Below, in pieces: positions 60,993 through 64,000 of a DNA stretch of 64,000 nt. The notes under the pieces were generated by a model. The model saw only the letters and a program-made list of their open reading frames with translations. It was not told the DNA's origin and did not search any database. Origin of the DNA: Opitutaceae bacterium. GTDB taxonomy: Bacteria > Verrucomicrobiota > Verrucomicrobiia > Opitutales > Coraliomargaritaceae. The stretch is from positions 224,001-288,000 of the forward strand of contig JBPOFY010000001.1 of NCBI GenBank assembly GCA_051252375.1, in the 5' to 3' direction. Both the position numbers and the translations under genes were made by a program. Positions within the stretch are counted from its first letter, which is position 1. Each line of letters begins with the position of its first letter.

Positions 60993-61823
60993 TTATATAC
61001 TATATTTTGAAATGTAAGAACGAAAGAAAGGAACAAAGGTATCAATACAGACTTCAGAGAATTTTCTTTCATCATACGAAGTGAAGTTATTCTGATAAAA
61101 GTTGAGTGCTTTCATACTCTCTGACTTCAACGCGGTAGATACATTAATCTTAACAACACCCGCACGTATGGCCTCGTGGATCATTTCGTCCGGCAGACCG
61201 GTGCCCCCATGCAAAACGAGGGGGAAGTCACCTACGATTCTTTTCGCCTCCTCTAATAGTTCAATTCTGACACCAGTCGTTGAGACATATTCTCCGTGAG
61301 CATTTCCAATTGCGAGCGCGAGTAAATCAAAACGAGCATTCTTATAAAACTGAGCTAGTTCATGCTCTGAATAGACGCATTCTTCTTCAGAACCATAACC
61401 ATCTTCGACCCCTTGAATGGAACCGAGTTCAGCCTCAAGCAAGGAACCGCCTACTTGTGCATATTCAAACATGCGATTAGTTTTTTTAATATTCTCTGAT
61501 AGCGGTAAGCTAGAACCATCAAACATGACGCCAGCAAAACCTGCATCGATACAACGCCGGATAATTTCCTCTTCCATGCAGTGATCTAGGTGAAAAAATA
61601 AAAATCCCGTCTGAAATTTCTGAACTAATCGACTCAATCCATATTTATCATCCAAATCCTCGATATACTTCGCGGAGACTTGCGCAATGACTGGAGCGTC
61701 CAGTTCTCTGGCCACACTCTCCAGCGCCTCCAAATGGTAGATGTTTTGAATATTAAACGCGAGCATAGCCTTTTTAGCCAATAGCATACGCTCCAATTGA
61801 GATTTATAATTACCTATATCCAT
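60993..61823 (-). CDS. Class II (fructose/tagatose-bisphosphate-like) aldolase
   Basis: AFN, HLDH, VMFDGS, EAELG, GNAHG, LHGGTG and KINV. Confidence 0.9.
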   Translation of the reverse strand: MDIGNYKSQLERMLLAKKAMLAFNIQNIYHLEALESVARELDAPVIAQVSAKYIEDLDDKYGLSRLVQKFQTGFLFFHLDHCMEEEIIRRCIDAGFAGVMFDGSSLPLSENIKKTNRMFEYAQVGGSLLEAELGSIQGVEDGYGSEEECVYSEHELAQFYKNARFDLLALAIGNAHGEYVSTTGVRIELLEEAKRIVGDFPLVLHGGTGLPDEMIHEAIRAGVVKINVSTALKSESMKALNFYQNNFTSYDERKFSEVCIDTFVPFFRSYISKYSI

Positions 61824-61857
61824 TTTCAAAATAAATAGCCCCTAATATCTCGACCCT

Positions 61858-62670
61858 CTATTTGAACACTACTTTATTATAGTGGGACTTACGAGCAGAG
61901 TATTCTGGCAGTGATTGATAAGCCCCGTAACTCGAAGTCAAGACGGCTTCACTGCTGGCTGGCCCCTTAAAAGAAACTCCCTCAATCACATAGTCCTTCA
62001 AGGGCAAAATCTCGTCGATCAAGAATGGACTCCGAAGAGCAATCATGAATGCAAAGACCTCGGTGGAATCGTCTTCATCCGATCGACCTTCTAATAATTC
62101 CACACGACTGCCTTCAAGTGGCCCAACCTCCTTGTCGTATGTCCGTTGGTCGATCAGTCCTACTTCCAGTTTGCGCTGATAGTATGCAATTGCCTCATCG
62201 AGTTTGTAAATAGGCACGAAGTAGCGGGGCATCTTTTTCAATCGGAAAAGATCTACCCCCAAACATTGATAACCTAAACGAGCGGTGTCCGGATGATAGA
62301 GCCCCGCATTAACCACTTCTGTGTTCGTGTCTTTTATAGTAGACCATCCCTTAAAATACAACGGGTCGTTCTTTCTATTATGCACCACTAATTCGCTGGG
62401 CAACTCATGCTCAAGAACCTCTACTGCTCTCTCATAGCTATCGTCGAAGAGAAAGAAATCCAAATCATCATCCCATGGGATAAACCCTCCATGACGAACC
62501 GCCCCCAAAAGAGTGCCATATGCTATCATATATGGAATTTCGTTCCGATCCAGAATATCCCGGACGCATACCGCCATCTCTAGCAATCGGCTCTGAACTT
62601 TTTTGATGTCTTGGGCGGTGTATTCCTCTGTAGTAGGGAAATTTATTTCGCTGGATTCTTGCTTTTCCAT
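61858..62670 (-). CDS. LicD-family phosphotransferase (copy 1)
   Basis: YGTLLGAVRHGGFIPWDDDLD, VDLF and LTSSYG. Confidence 0.9.
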   Translation of the reverse strand: MEKQESSEINFPTTEEYTAQDIKKVQSRLLEMAVCVRDILDRNEIPYMIAYGTLLGAVRHGGFIPWDDDLDFFLFDDSYERAVEVLEHELPSELVVHNRKNDPLYFKGWSTIKDTNTEVVNAGLYHPDTARLGYQCLGVDLFRLKKMPRYFVPIYKLDEAIAYYQRKLEVGLIDQRTYDKEVGPLEGSRVELLEGRSDEDDSTEVFAFMIALRSPFLIDEILPLKDYVIEGVSFKGPASSEAVLTSSYGAYQSLPEYSARKSHYNKVVFK

Positions 62671-62777
62671 ATTTTTAAAAGGCAAACGCTTATTATCTGA
62701 CGCATATCACCTACAACTTTATGATAATGATATGGGTAACAGGTTCCCACCTCAGGTAAACTTGAAAGTTATATTGC

Positions 62778-63590
62778 TTACCTGAATATAGCCTTCTTGA
62801 AGTGAGGTTTCCGATCTGAATACTCTGGCAACGATTGATAATCCCCGTAACTCGAAGTCAAAACGGCTTCACTGCACGCCGGCCCTTTGAAGTGAACACC
62901 CTCAAACATAAAGTTCTTCAACGGCAATATCTCATCTACCAAAAAAGGCCGACGAAGCGTGACCATGAAAGCAAAAACATTGGTGGTATCATCATCCTCC
63001 GATCGACTCTCCAACAATTGTGCCCGATCGCCCTCCAAGGATTTAACTTCCTTATCGTGCGTCGGTTGATCGATCAGTCCCGATTCAAGCTTGCGCTTAA
63101 AGAACTCAATCGCCTCTTCGATCTTATAAATGGGAACAAAATTACGGGGCATCTTTTTCATCCGATAAAGATCAAGCCCTAAACATGGATAACCGAGACG
63201 AGAGTTATCAGGGTGGTAGAGGCCGGCATCAACCACTTCAGTCTTAGTGTCTCTGATTGAACACCATGCTTTAAAATACAACGGATCATTTCTTCTGCTA
63301 TGAACAACAAGTTCTTCAGGCAACTCACACTCAAGGACTTCCATGGCTCTGTCATAGCTTTCATCGAAAAGAAAGAGATCAAAGTCATCATCCCATGGCA
63401 CGAACCCCTCATGCCGAACTGCACCGAGAAGAGTGCCAAACGCCAAAAAATAAGGAATCTCGTTCCGATCCAAAATATCCCTCACCCATATCGCCATCTC
63501 AAGCAATCGGCCTTGAACCCTTTTGATATCTTGTGCAGTGTATTCCTCAGTCGTGGGAAAGTCTATTTCGCTCGATTTTTGCTTTTTCAT
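62778..63590 (-). CDS. LicD-family phosphotransferase (copy 2)
   Basis: FGTLLGAVRHEGFVPWDDDFD, LDLY and LTSSYG. Confidence 0.9.
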   Translation of the reverse strand: MKKQKSSEIDFPTTEEYTAQDIKRVQGRLLEMAIWVRDILDRNEIPYFLAFGTLLGAVRHEGFVPWDDDFDLFLFDESYDRAMEVLECELPEELVVHSRRNDPLYFKAWCSIRDTKTEVVDAGLYHPDNSRLGYPCLGLDLYRMKKMPRNFVPIYKIEEAIEFFKRKLESGLIDQPTHDKEVKSLEGDRAQLLESRSEDDDTTNVFAFMVTLRRPFLVDEILPLKNFMFEGVHFKGPACSEAVLTSSYGDYQSLPEYSDRKPHFKKAIFR

Positions 63591-63643
63591 AAAATTGTGA
63601 AATGGAATCTGCATTCCAATCTGATCACTAAACTAGTGTTGTC

Positions 63644-64000
63644 TCAATCAAGTAGTGCCTCTACAGATTCAGGCCCTAATGCAGGAATTCCAACCCTCAT
63701 CGCACTTTCTCTCTCTGAAAATGCATCATCTATTAGTAAACCACCTGTGTCATCTAGAAAGTTCGCCTTAGATTCCCCATTGGTTAAATGAATCACTTCA
63801 CTCAACAAGCCTCGAACCCCAAGCACCTTAAGCTTTAGCCCTAGATCCCCGTCATGGCGAGATATCAAAACAATAGGACAATTTCGATTACGGCATTGAC
63901 CGATCAATTTCAGAATATCGGCGTTTAAAAATTCTCCATCAACTAAGAGACAGTCATCAAAATCGAGATAGAGCGTAGTGAATTTTTGAGAGAGTTTCAC
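63644..64000 (-). CDS. HAD-like domain, probably the C-terminus of a gene that starts beyond the window
   Basis: YLDFDDCL (DxD), LISRH and IDDAFSER; frame open to the window edge. Confidence 0.65.
   Translation of the reverse strand: MKLSQKFTTLYLDFDDCLLVDGEFLNADILKLIGQCRNRNCPIVLISRHDGDLGLKLKVLGVRGLLSEVIHLTNGESKANFLDDTGGLLIDDAFSERESAMRVGIPALGPESVEALLD

Overview
Bacterial chromosomal window, most likely Verrucomicrobiota (Opitutia, Coraliomargarita/Lentimonas-like). This is inferred from the gene set (OmcB-like DUF11 protein, DUF5069, zwf-opcA, 3-subunit Sdh), not from a marker gene. About 1-35 kb is housekeeping: LMW-PTP, PHP histidinol-phosphatase, cdd, lysA, mutS, ispB, bcp, yraN-zwf-opcA, a FAD oxidase plus MnmM-type methylase, an OmcB homologue, sdhCAB, pyrG, trpC, rsmA, a DAACS transporter, RidA and a Y-family polymerase. 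Many spacers there hold REP-like hairpins with covarying stems, or 7-, 8- and 9/10-bp periodic repeat arrays, some of which run into gene ends. From 35.1 kb to the window edge is one minus-strand Wzx/Wzy surface-polysaccharide locus. It has a modified pseudaminic-acid module (cytidylyltransferase-AKR fusion, SDR, PseG, formyltransferase, PseI, KpsS-like transferase), two ATP-grasp ligases and a sulfotransferase. It also has an unusual tightly coupled cassette of two LicD genes, a class II aldolase, an FGGY kinase, an Fe-ADH and a LicC-like cytidylyltransferase, which looks like a route to an uncharacterised CDP-polyol substituent and is the best candidate for an undescribed system. I recognised no rRNA, tRNA, CRISPR array, transposase or phage genes. 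All calls come from motifs read by eye; no searches were run.
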